Virus record (IMG/VR): IMGVR_UViG_3300021478_000001
Span: 22,934-86,933 of that record
DNA length: 64,000 bases
Reading direction: 5' to 3' (one strand)
Origin: a virus
The notes under the pieces were generated by a model that saw nothing but the letters and a program-made list of their open reading frames with translations, did not search any database and was not told where the DNA came from. Within the stretch, counting starts at the first letter, position 1; each line of letters starts with the position of its first letter. Below are positions 51,095 to 60,908 of the stretch, in pieces. Both the position numbers and the translations under genes were made by a program.

Positions 51095-51721
51095 TTTGTA
51101 CGGCTCGCTCGATCTCTACGATACTTTCGGAGCCAACGGCTCGCTCTTCGAGAGTGATACTTTCAAACCTCTCGGCTCGCTCCAGACTTACAGTACTCTC
51201 CACACTCGCGGCTCGCTCTGTATTCGCGATACTATCTTAGTCACCGGCTCACTCTGTCACTGCGATACTGACGAAACAAACGGCTCGCTCCGGTCTGTCG
51301 ATACAATCGTTCGTACCGGCTCGCTTTGTGCACACGATACTATCTGAGCACACGGCTCACTCTACCACCACGATACTTTCTTAGGAGTCGGCTCGCTTCG
51401 GTCTTACAGTACTCTCCGCACTCGCGGCTCGCTCGTCTACAACGGTACTATCAAGGTAGGCGGCTCGCTCACCACAAATACGATAACTTTCATCTTACGC
51501 GGCTCACTCCTAAGTTTCGGTACTCTCATTAGGTGCCGGTTCACTCCTAAGAGACGATACTTTCCTTTTTCACGGTTCACTCTTTTCCAACAATACTATC
51601 ATACTGCGTGGTTCACTCTGTTCCTACAGTACTCTCATGATGAGCGGTTCACTCTTAAGTAACGATACTTTCCCTTTTTACGGTTCACTCTCAGAAGGCG
51701 GTACTCTCATGACGAACGGTT
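51070..51721 (-). ncRNA. dual-repeat 36-nt array 3, about 18 units
   Basis: Repeat A at 51101, 51137, 51173...51461, 51500, 51537...51681, 51717; near-perfect 36-nt phase. Confidence 0.85.
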
Positions 51722-52411
51722 TTATTCCCAGATGCGATTTAGATTCTGCACTACAACATCATCACGTGATAGTTGCTTTAGATGTTCTATGAAATTTCCC
51801 ATTATATCTTCTTTGCTTTCAATTTTATCATCAAACACATGACGCATAAGTTGACGATAATACTCGCCCATGATTTTAAAATTCATTGGCGTGACAGTAG
51901 GATCTGATGCCCAATCTATTCCTCCATTTCTGGGTACCAACGCATAACGACTAATCTGTTTTGGTTCTATGGTGGCATAGTAGCAAACTGTCCCCATATA
52001 TTCAATGCTTTTTTCCCACATATGGCTAAAGTCAGAAAGCGCGCGCTTGCGAAACCATATCACGCGCTCTTTCATGTTGTTCTTCCATCTGGGTAGTTCA
52101 TTGCCCATGTGGTCCTGTACATTTATTCCTTCTTCGTAGTGGCGCGTGGCTTGCTCCAGAAAGTCTTCATCTGGTGCCAGCCGATAGCGCTTGAGATCAT
52201 TAGTATTGGTTTCCAGCACAACCATCCGTTCGCCTCCTTGACAGGCGTTTGATGCGAAGTACAACGCATAGGTCGTTGTCAAGTATACTGCACGGGCATT
52301 GCTGCTGACAGTGTGTTTCCAGTTATCAATGCCAATTTTGCCACGCGGCTTTATTCCTTCTTTTAGGATGGCTTCCAAGTGGCGTTCAGCAGTACCGTGG
52401 TATATCCTCAC
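51722..52411 (-). CDS. ADP-ribosyltransferase-fold protein (Tpt1/KptA-like motif pattern)
   Basis: IYHGT...ILKEGIKP...AVYLTT..A..FA.......VVLE. Confidence 0.6.
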   Translation of the reverse strand: MRIYHGTAERHLEAILKEGIKPRGKIGIDNWKHTVSSNARAVYLTTTYALYFASNACQGGERMVVLETNTNDLKRYRLAPDEDFLEQATRHYEEGINVQDHMGNELPRWKNNMKERVIWFRKRALSDFSHMWEKSIEYMGTVCYYATIEPKQISRYALVPRNGGIDWASDPTVTPMNFKIMGEYYRQLMRHVFDDKIESKEDIMGNFIEHLKQLSRDDVVVQNLNRIWE

Positions 52412-52617
52412 TGTTCATTCTCCCTTTTAAGAATATCCCTAGCGTATTTAAGGGGAATTTCTAAGGCTCTTGATAGTTTGATTGCCTCAGAATTTTCAGC
52501 TCTGTATTGCCGCATTCGTGCATTGTACTTAGCACGCTGTTCTGGAGTTCGGTTCCTTTTTTGCCGCGCCACTGTATTTTGTTTGCATAGTAGTATGCGC
52601 GAAAGTATGGACGGCGG

Positions 52618-55600
52618 TCAGTCTTCATCACTTTCAGGACCGATGTACTTGTGGAACGTATCATCATCCATGCCAGTCATAAGAATTTCACGTTGCGCAG
52701 CTGTCAGCTCTGGCAATGCATTCTGTATTAGTGAACCAGTATTGCGCCACAGTTGATAGCGACGATACTGATCTTCTGTCAATTCAATGCTGGCACCTGT
52801 GCCCGCTTTGGCCCAAGTGGGCGGCGTGACTTTGACTAACCAGCCGCGTTCGGTTCTGGTTTCTTTGTACGTGGGTCCCATTTTCAACACGTCTATTGGT
52901 CGTATCATGATTCTCTCCATGAAGGTAGATTGTCGATTATCTGGCGTTGTCCAGGAGTAGCTTGACTGCGCAAGCCTTGAAGTTCTATGACCACACGAGC
53001 ATAAGGCGCGTAGAGCATGTCAATGCGATCTTGCGGCCACGTAGGGTCCGCCTTTTCTTTGAAGTCTGTAAGCTTGCGCCGTGCTTCACGTATTAGTTCA
53101 TCAATGTCTTTCATATATCCTCCTGTTGCAGATAGAGTTGAGTTTTGGTGATGCTGGCTAGTCTGGCTAGAGCTTCCTCCTTAGGCATCCAGCGCGACCG
53201 TGCTTCCCAGTTATCTTGTATCCTTCCTTTTTCTCCATTGGGATAGCCATGTTCTGCTATTCGATATTGCACTTGCCATAGTCCATTGGACTTGCAGACG
53301 ATGCGGAACTTGGAATTATCCTTGCTGTAGAATGGACGTGATATGGTCATCTTCTATGCCTCCTTCCATAACGGCAGCGCCAGAATGCGTGATGATGCCG
53401 CGTGAATTCAACTTTCCAGCCACCTTCACGTTCACATACGTTTTCATGTTTGCGACGAGGAGGCTCTTCAACATTTTCTTGCTCTCTCTTTGGTGCAGCT
53501 TCTTTCTTTGGTGATGTTATTTTCTGCACTGCTATTTTGCGCGGTGGTAATTCCTGTGCCGGTGCTTCAAGATTATTAAAGGCTGAGATTATATTTTCTG
53601 TTGCTACCTTGTCTCCTTTGTCGACTGTGACTAGTTTGCTCGGTGTCCGTGTACTCAAGTAACTGCACAAGTAGACCACTGGACCAGCAAGCAATAACGC
53701 TAGCAACATTGCGGCCATCTTGGGCGGTGACATTTTATTTCTCCATGAAGACTATGGTGGCTAACACACTCGCAGGCTTTATTCTTTGATCCTCTTCAAT
53801 GCTGGCCAAAAATTTATTCAGCTTTTGGATCAGCATTTCCCTGGTCAAGGGAGTAGGACTTGTGTGTTCTTCTACGGAGTCAGCGAAGTAGACATTGCAT
53901 TCCAGTTGATAGTGTTGCATCACACTTTTTTCTCCCCTCTATTGGCCGAAGATTTTGAATAACAACACCAACGATAGCATTAGTCCTGCCATACATAGCG
54001 CAGTGATACGGTTGGACTTGAACAGTTCAATTAGAACTAGTAGTTCTCTGTTGTTGGTTGCGCGCGCATGCTGCTCCCATGCATATATATCAGCCATGTA
54101 GAATTTCCACAATTTATTCATTCCCCCTTTCCTCTCTTGTCTGCATCGTGCACTGCCAGCATGAGTGTTGTGAGATCATGGCGGCTGAGTCGCCGCAAGG
54201 TTTTCAGTTCAGCAGTTGGTTCACTAGTGCGCCGGACCCACTCGCGGATATCCTCAGCCATATCCTCTTTGCGATCTTTCGGTTGCCAATGCGGTGTCAT
54301 AGCCCATCCTCTAAGATTTGCTTTTCTGTTCGAGCGTTTGGGATATCTTTGCTGCCTACAGCACGATAAGCATACATCCAATTATCACCTTCCCAATTGG
54401 TGCTTGGTTGCATGCGCCGCTCTATAATTTCAAACCACGCCCAAGAACAATCTAGAAGTTGGACTGGACGCCAAGCAAACCAATGATGCCACCGCCATCT
54501 GCTAGGTTTATCTAGCGGATGTTTGAGGAAGAAATCAGGCGGCACTGTCAGTTTCATTTTATCCCTCCCCTATAGTAGGTCCCATTCGACACATGCTTCA
54601 TGTGCTGCTTCGCCTGGTAACAATCCCATTTTCATTCCACCAGTAAACCATTGCAGCCATTCGTGCACAAGGCCATTTTTCTCTGCGATCTTGTAATACT
54701 TCCAAACAACATCCATTGTTTTATCATCCAATGCTGTTCCTCTACCTTGTGGCATTTTCATCCCTTCACTTTTAGCCAGCGGCCATCCGCTTGTTTCTTT
54801 TTTGTGCATTTCTTCCCATTCTTTTTCTAATTCTTCTTTTGTAGTGACCGGAACTTTAGCAATTCTTTGATACATCTGTGTATCTTCTACCCATTGTTCT
54901 TTTCTTATTGCCATGTCATCCCTCCACCTTCAGCCAGCGACCATCCACTTGCTTTTCATATTTCTGGCCATAGCCAGTTCCCAGCATGCCTATGCCATGT
55001 TGTTTCCATGACACTTCACTCATGTTGGCCCATGGTCCCATTTTAGTTTTGGCGTCATACATGACTTTACCATCGTAAGGTAAACCGAAGTCATCTTTAT
55101 CGCCAAGATGTCCTACCCAATAAGTCATTGTTACCTCCTGAGTTCTCGTGGTTGATATAGTTCAAGTATGTTGATTGCGCTATGCCCTGGATCGAACTCC
55201 TCGAACCAGACTTTGTCCCATTCTTTGATGCCATAAGCTTCGGCAATCATCTTCACTGCCTCGACAGATGGCAGCTTGCCGGGCTGATCGACCGATATTG
55301 AAAGATGGCGGCAGAATCCGGCTGGTTGTTCCTCGATGCTGATTGACGCGCGGTAGCCAATAGGTATCAGCAGGTGCTCGCTTGGTGGACGCTCGAAGCC
55401 CGGTTTGCGGTCGATAAGTTTTAAATGCTTTACCTCCTCGCGGAGCGCACCTTCGCGCAACACACTGAATGGAATCGGTTTAGCTTCGGCGCGTGCAACT
55501 GCCGCTGCGATCTGGGCGCGGATTTCACTAGTAATGATTAGCGCCCTCATATTCATCTCCATGGGTCAGGGCTGTCAGCAAGATCATCATTGAACTCGCC

Positions 55601-55969
55601 GCCGTCTTTCAAAAAGTTAAGCGCACATTCAGCAGCATGCAGCGCATCTTGTGCCCGTTTCACTTCAGCTTCACCACGGCTTATTGCTTGTTCCCGCGTT
55701 AACTTCATACCATGCCCTTCTGTGCCACGTCTCATCGCGGTGTAGCACTTAGCATTACCCTGCTCACTGCATTGCGGGCATTCTGGACAGATGCATTGGT
55801 CTGGCACTTTACAGCACACCGCGCAGGGTACATCGTCTGTCTGATTATAGGGCGCATTAGGATCGTTCGCTGCGCCCGGTGGATAGCTCCAGCCGAACAT
55901 ATGTCTAGGCATGTTTATTCTCCTCTTGTTGTAGTAAGCAGACCGTATCGGACCGTGGTCTGCCAGCAC
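52618..55969 (-). other. cluster of about 12 small hypothetical early genes
   Basis: Tightly coupled ORFs 52618, 52905, 53111, 53347, 53735, 53939, 54118, 54297, 54570, 54916, 55131, 55553; no recognised function. Confidence 0.55.
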
Positions 55970-56092
55970 GGAAAGAGAGCCTCGTGGTGTCCAGTCACGA
56001 GTTTCGTCTGCACGACTGCTCCTCTCGATAGGACAATTGCGTACAAGGAGCCCGTTTACCAGACGGAGTGCAGCCGCTGCCGATACTCAGTC

Positions 56093-56377
56093 TCAGCCGT
56101 TAACTATAATCTTTTCAAGGAATTTGCAAGGGTCAACCTTCAATACTTCACAGATATGCAACAATCGTGCCGCGCTAATACGGTTGACTCCTTTTTCATA
56201 TTTCTGGATCTGTTGAAAACTGATACCGCACTCCAGACCCAACTGTTCTTGCGATACATCCAATCTTAAGCGTTCCTCCTTTATGAGTGATCCAATTACG
56301 TTATCAACAGCTGTGGTGGATCGTGGTTTCATTTTTCGTGGTTTCATTTTTCGTGATTTCATTTTTCGTAGTTTCAT
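56093..56377 (-). CDS. XRE-family HTH regulator
   Basis: IKEERLRLDVSQEQLG...ISFQQIQKYEKGVNRISAARL; N-terminal 15-bp repeat encoding MKxRK. Confidence 0.9.
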   Translation of the reverse strand: MKLRKMKSRKMKPRKMKPRSTTAVDNVIGSLIKEERLRLDVSQEQLGLECGISFQQIQKYEKGVNRISAARLLHICEVLKVDPCKFLEKIIVNG

Positions 56378-56387
56378 TTTCTACTCC

Positions 56388-57450
56388 TTACATGGATATC
56401 TTGTTTTTTAGTTTCAGGAACTCCGCTGATAGCGTATCAATGCGTGTAGAATACCCCATCCAGATCTTGGCCAAGTTGATATCTTGCCAATCTTCGGCAA
56501 GTCGCTCGGCCTTGCGACCACAGATAAATGATAGACCAGACAGCATATCCTCCAGTCCATACTTATCCACCAACGCTTCCAGCATTTCCACCCCCGACTC
56601 GTCCATCACATTTTCCTCCAGACTCTTTCATAGCCCAATGCGCGCCCCGCTGCTTCCAATGTGGGATTGGTTGGACGCTTGGTCTTGCCGAAAAACCATG
56701 CTTGCATGCAGCCTAGTGAAGGACCGCCGCCATGAGTAATCTTGTTCAAGTTTTTGCTGTTTAGGCGCTCTTTGAAATGGTCCTCAACTAGCGTGCGCAA
56801 TATGTCTATGGCCGGATCCTTATCCCGGAACACATAGCTCTTATATATGGGAGTACGATATTGCCCGTTGGATTTCTTCTTCATGGCTATTTCCTCACGA
56901 TGTAGGTGGATGCTGAACCAGTGCCGCGTCGCCTTAGCACTTTGGCTTTGACAGCTTGTGTGAGCAGATATGTAGAACTCAATTTGGAACGGCCCATTGA
57001 CTCAAGCCAATCCTGTGCCTGCTTTGGTATTACCGTTTCATGGCCATTCTTTTGCAGAAAAGCTGTGAACATGCTGAGCATGCTGCCATCGCTGGCAGCT
57101 TCAATCTTGCCGTTCTTCGTGACTTCAGCGTTGACCACTGGCGTCACGTTTGGTTGACCACGTACCTTACCAGTTAAGGCACGCAATGCATCAGCCAACA
57201 TTTTGTCATCTACAAAGCACTCTATGCGGAACATTTGTTTCTCCTAGTTTGGTTGGTTCAGCACGCCACCATTTAGATAGTTGACATAGCATGCAGCTTC
57301 TTCCTCTGTGTTGAAATCTTTCATAGGCATCCATGCGGATATTGGTTCACCCATGCGCCCTACTTCTTGAGTGTAGTAGCCAACAGTCCATAATGATTCG
57401 CCTTTCGTTTTCTTGTAGGTATGCATAGTTCTATCCTTTCCATAGTCCAA
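56388..57450 (-). other. four small hypothetical genes (56388, 56606 HTH-like, 56887 winged-helix-like, 57244)
   Basis: ORF track and coupling. Confidence 0.5.
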
Positions 57451-57583
57451 GGTCCCGCCACATCCTGAGCATCAGGAGTATGTCAACTGCGCTCATTGCT
57501 GCGGCGGGATGCCCGGAGGATGGTCCGGGTCTTTGGAAAAGAGTCGGCAGAGTCCCTTAGTCTGCCGACCAATAGGAAGAGCG

Positions 57584-58204
57584 CTAACTGATTTTGATAA
57601 CGCCCAACTTTTTCAAATTGGCCAGAGTGGTTGGCAGAATATCCTTTTTTCTAATTGTTTCTACCGTCTGGCCAAGAGACTTCAGCACAACTTGAGTACG
57701 GGCATAAGACTCTGAACCTTCCCTGAAAGGATTTTCACCACTGCCCTTGGTGACTTTTGCAGTCGGGTCCAGCCGACTACGTGTCACACTCTCACGAGTG
57801 GACACGGTCTTTTCTTTCCTGGTGCCCTTGGCAGCTACACGCTTTTTGCCGCCACGGACTTTGCTGGTTTCACGCTTCACCTTCTTCTCCTTCGTTTGCG
57901 GTTCCGGATCCGACCCCGAAGATTCTACTTCCGGCTTGGGCTTACGCTTGCGCTTGGGCTTTGTTGGTACCGGTGCAGGATCTTCTACAGTAGGTTCCGG
58001 TTCCTGTTCGCCGTCATCTATCATAGACGACCTCTTTAACGGCTCACGCCAAGTCCGCAACCTCTCTTGAGCCGCAGAAAGAAGTTGCTGTTCGGCGAAT
58101 GTGAGCTCACTTCCTCGCCGAATTTCTTGTTCTAGAAACGTTACCCTCCGCTTTAGTTCGGCGCGTGGTAGAACGCTCCAGCCTCCTAACCTGTCCTCCT
58201 TCAT
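57584..58204 (-). CDS. basic protein with C-terminal NPF..G..R domain (putative DNA-binding)
   Basis: ENPFREGSESYART...TVE...LKKLGVIKI, similar to 508..945. Confidence 0.6.
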   Translation of the reverse strand: MKEDRLGGWSVLPRAELKRRVTFLEQEIRRGSELTFAEQQLLSAAQERLRTWREPLKRSSMIDDGEQEPEPTVEDPAPVPTKPKRKRKPKPEVESSGSDPEPQTKEKKVKRETSKVRGGKKRVAAKGTRKEKTVSTRESVTRSRLDPTAKVTKGSGENPFREGSESYARTQVVLKSLGQTVETIRKKDILPTTLANLKKLGVIKIS

Positions 58205-58781
58205 GTTTTCTCCCTAGTAGCAGCACATACCATCCTTGATTGAATATTGGTATTTCATCCAATAAATGCCATCCTAATTTGGAACACAGCGAAGTGAATT
58301 TTTTCTGATCATGGGTAGCGGTATTGCTTTTCGCTATGTATTTTTCTCCAAGCCTGATGGTCAAAATGATGCAATGCCTGGTGACACGTGCTAGTTCGTG
58401 CAGGGCTTTCTGCATGGTGTCTTCTGGGACTAGATCCATGAATCGCACGCAGACACTGGCGTCCATGCTGTTGCTTTTGTGCGGTATTTCTCGTATGTCT
58501 CCTACCTCTAATGTTGCTGGTATGCGCTTGCGCTTGGCCAATGCCAGCATTTCCTCACTCGTATCATAGCCATAACAGTGCAGGCCGAGTTTCTGGTATA
58601 GCGCCAGGAATCGCCCGGCACCTACCGGCACGTCCAACACCGATTTGAATTGGTGGCGTTGCAGAAAATCTTCAATCGCAGCATTCTCCAGATGCCATCG
58701 CTCCTGCTTCATTCTTTTAGCTTCATAATTTGCGGCCATTTTTCCCGCGTACTTGCGCGCCGTGCTTTCAGCGCTAACCAT
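58107..58781 (-). CDS. class I SAM-dependent methyltransferase
   Basis: VLDVPVGAGRF, GYDTSEEML, GDIREIP, ALHELARV. Confidence 0.9.
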   Translation of the reverse strand: MVSAESTARKYAGKMAANYEAKRMKQERWHLENAAIEDFLQRHQFKSVLDVPVGAGRFLALYQKLGLHCYGYDTSEEMLALAKRKRIPATLEVGDIREIPHKSNSMDASVCVRFMDLVPEDTMQKALHELARVTRHCIILTIRLGEKYIAKSNTATHDQKKFTSLCSKLGWHLLDEIPIFNQGWYVLLLGRKHEGGQVRRLERSTTRRTKAEGNVSRTRNSARK

Positions 58782-59286
58782 CTTGTCCTCCCTTTGAGCG
58801 CACTTCTACCAAACCTTCAGTCACAGCATTTTTCAATGTTTCCAAATTCCCTCCAGCGGCAGCAAATTCTGCAACAGACTTGCCGTCAAATTTGAGCAGA
58901 AGCGCCATCCGCTCAAACTTCCCGGTCCCCACTTTACGCGGATTATGTTTTACTAGAGTCACGATATACCCATCTGGAGGCGTTTGTAAAGAGACTTTCT
59001 TTTGAGATGGTACCGATAGTGGCTTTGGCGTGGTCTTAGAAAAGAGTGGCTGCATTTCTGCTGGAGTTCTTTTCGCCAACTCCAAGCAGCGTTTACAGGT
59101 GGCCTTCTTATCATCCAGCACAAACATTCCACGAGGCAAATTCTTGGCTCCACAGATGGCAATGCCTACACTGATTTCTTGCAGATCTACCCATTTGCTT
59201 GGTTGGCTTCTAGTCCAGTGCAAATGGATTTCAATAGGCTCTTCTTGCTTCCCTTTTAATTTTGGCGGCGCGGCGCTTTTCTTCAT
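58774..59286 (-). CDS. Zn-binding N-terminus plus NPR..G..ER domain protein
   Basis: H..ICG...TCKRC; KHNPRKVGTGKFER...KSVAEF...EGLVEV. Confidence 0.6.
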   Translation of the reverse strand: MKKSAAPPKLKGKQEEPIEIHLHWTRSQPSKWVDLQEISVGIAICGAKNLPRGMFVLDDKKATCKRCLELAKRTPAEMQPLFSKTTPKPLSVPSQKKVSLQTPPDGYIVTLVKHNPRKVGTGKFERMALLLKFDGKSVAEFAAAGGNLETLKNAVTEGLVEVRSKGGQDG

Positions 59287-59986
59287 TGTGCGTTTTCACT
59301 AGTTGTGTGATGATGTTGCGGAATCGCTTATCGCCTGGGATTTCCTGTATAGTTCTCATTAGAGCTGATAGGTCTGGTTCTTTGAGATGCGTTCGTAGCA
59401 TCAAATAAACCTCTTTCATTGAATCATGCATTGGTTATTTCCTTTCTAGTATCGTCCTCATAAGGCAGCCAATGAGAACGACCAGCATCCTCCGCAGCGC
59501 GGCGGTCAGCTACATCACGGTCCATTTGTTCGATAACGGCAGCGATCCCATGCATTATCGCATGCTTGATTTCATTTGTCAGTTCTGGCCATTGCGGTAG
59601 AGCTGCTCGCCAAAATACTTCCGCAAGCTTTTCACGATACTCGATCCGCGCGATGACTCTCTCAGCTTGGTTATCTGCTCCCATCCGGATGCTCCTTTAA
59701 TTCTAGTGGGCGGAGACGGCACGTGCGATCTCCTTTAAGCTTCGCATCCTTGAGAAGCACCCAAATGTTATTTCCTTTCTGTCTTGCCAAGTAGTCGCCC
59801 GTTAGGAGCGTAGAACTTGGTGACATTACCATAGGTGCTGGCGTTGCCTGCACTGCTCCTGTCGGTATTATAGAAGCGAGTCGTGGGCGCATCCCGTTGC
59901 TTGGTGCTTTCTGGATAGGCAAATGAAGCAAAGACGAATGCCAGTATGATGGCCAAAACTACGATCAGGAACCAACGCATGATCAT
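59231..59986 (-). other. small hypothetical genes (59231, 59424, 59768 with signal peptide)
   Basis: ORF track. Confidence 0.5.
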
Positions 59987-60303
59987 ATCTCCTTAAAGCC
60001 GAAGATATCAACCATCCAGACAATGCCAGTTTCATAAACAGCAATGTCGCCCACACACATGGAGGTATGCCGCAGTCCCCTGCTAAGGATAAGATCCCGA
60101 GCCTCTCCATTAGGTGACCAATTTTCTCCTTGCATGCTGCTGTAGGCATCTTCAAGATCATTGGCCACAATTATCTTAAGCAATATGTGGGTCTTGTTCA
60201 AGTTTTTTGGATCAGGTACTATCCCGTGTTTTTTCAGATGGTCAAAGCCCATAATTCCATCGCTAAAGAATTCTGGGCGCATATACCAGATAGTCAGTTT
60301 CAT
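59983..60303 (-). CDS. YodL-like protein
   Basis: DLEDAY...HTSMCVGDI...VDIFGFKEI. Confidence 0.6.
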   Translation of the reverse strand: MKLTIWYMRPEFFSDGIMGFDHLKKHGIVPDPKNLNKTHILLKIIVANDLEDAYSSMQGENWSPNGEARDLILSRGLRHTSMCVGDIAVYETGIVWMVDIFGFKEI

Positions 60304-60312
60304 TTGTTCCTC

Positions 60313-60790
60313 CTAATATGTGCCAAACGGATCGCATCGTCTAGCGAACTTGGCCAGCGGGTGGATATCTGATTCACCGTTTTTCCATTCTTCGGCTAAC
60401 TCAAGTTCTGCTATGGGAATTAGGAACTCATGTATGTTGGTTCCCAGCCACTTGACATTAATCTTGCCATGGAGTATCTCAATCCGCGTTATCACACCAC
60501 GATGCACTGGATCAGATTTCCTGGCGATGATGTCACCTCGTTTCATTTACTTTCTCCATTTCACGAAGCTGGATAATGCCATCTTCGGCATAAGCTGTTT
60601 CATCGTGACGACGTATGCGCACATGACTGATGCTTTCGCTGTGCTTGCGAAGAGACTGCATCAGCATGCGGGCTTGCGTAGTGTTGGCAGCATAGAACCT
60701 GAACAAAGCAAAGCCTCCATAGGTGACTGCTATGTATTCCTTTTCCATCTTGTTTCCTTTTCTAGTAATTGCATTGCAACATCGATCCAT
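60313..60790 (-). other. two small hypothetical genes
   Basis: ORF track 60313..60546 and 60533..60790. Confidence 0.5.
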
Positions 60791-60908
60791 AGTTTCGCGT
60801 ACTTATCGCCGCGTTTTGCATCTAGAACAATTTCAGCCGCCTTGGTTGCAGAATGTCCTAATTTCTTTAACGCTTCATATTCGGTCATTGTCATTTTCGG
60901 TTTCCTTT

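Noticed and set aside
48166-51532. Short ORFs with GSL...DT periodicity in the ORF track
   Set aside because: By-products of the 36-nt (12-codon) period; frames break at indels and stops and lack RBSs
48135-51721. CRISPR array
   Set aside because: Two alternating 10-nt degenerate repeats with 8-nt spacers, not 25-45-nt identical repeats with about 30-nt spacers; no cas genes in the window
55935-56092. Hammerhead ribozyme
   Set aside because: GAAAC is present on the - strand but there is no correctly placed CUGANGA core
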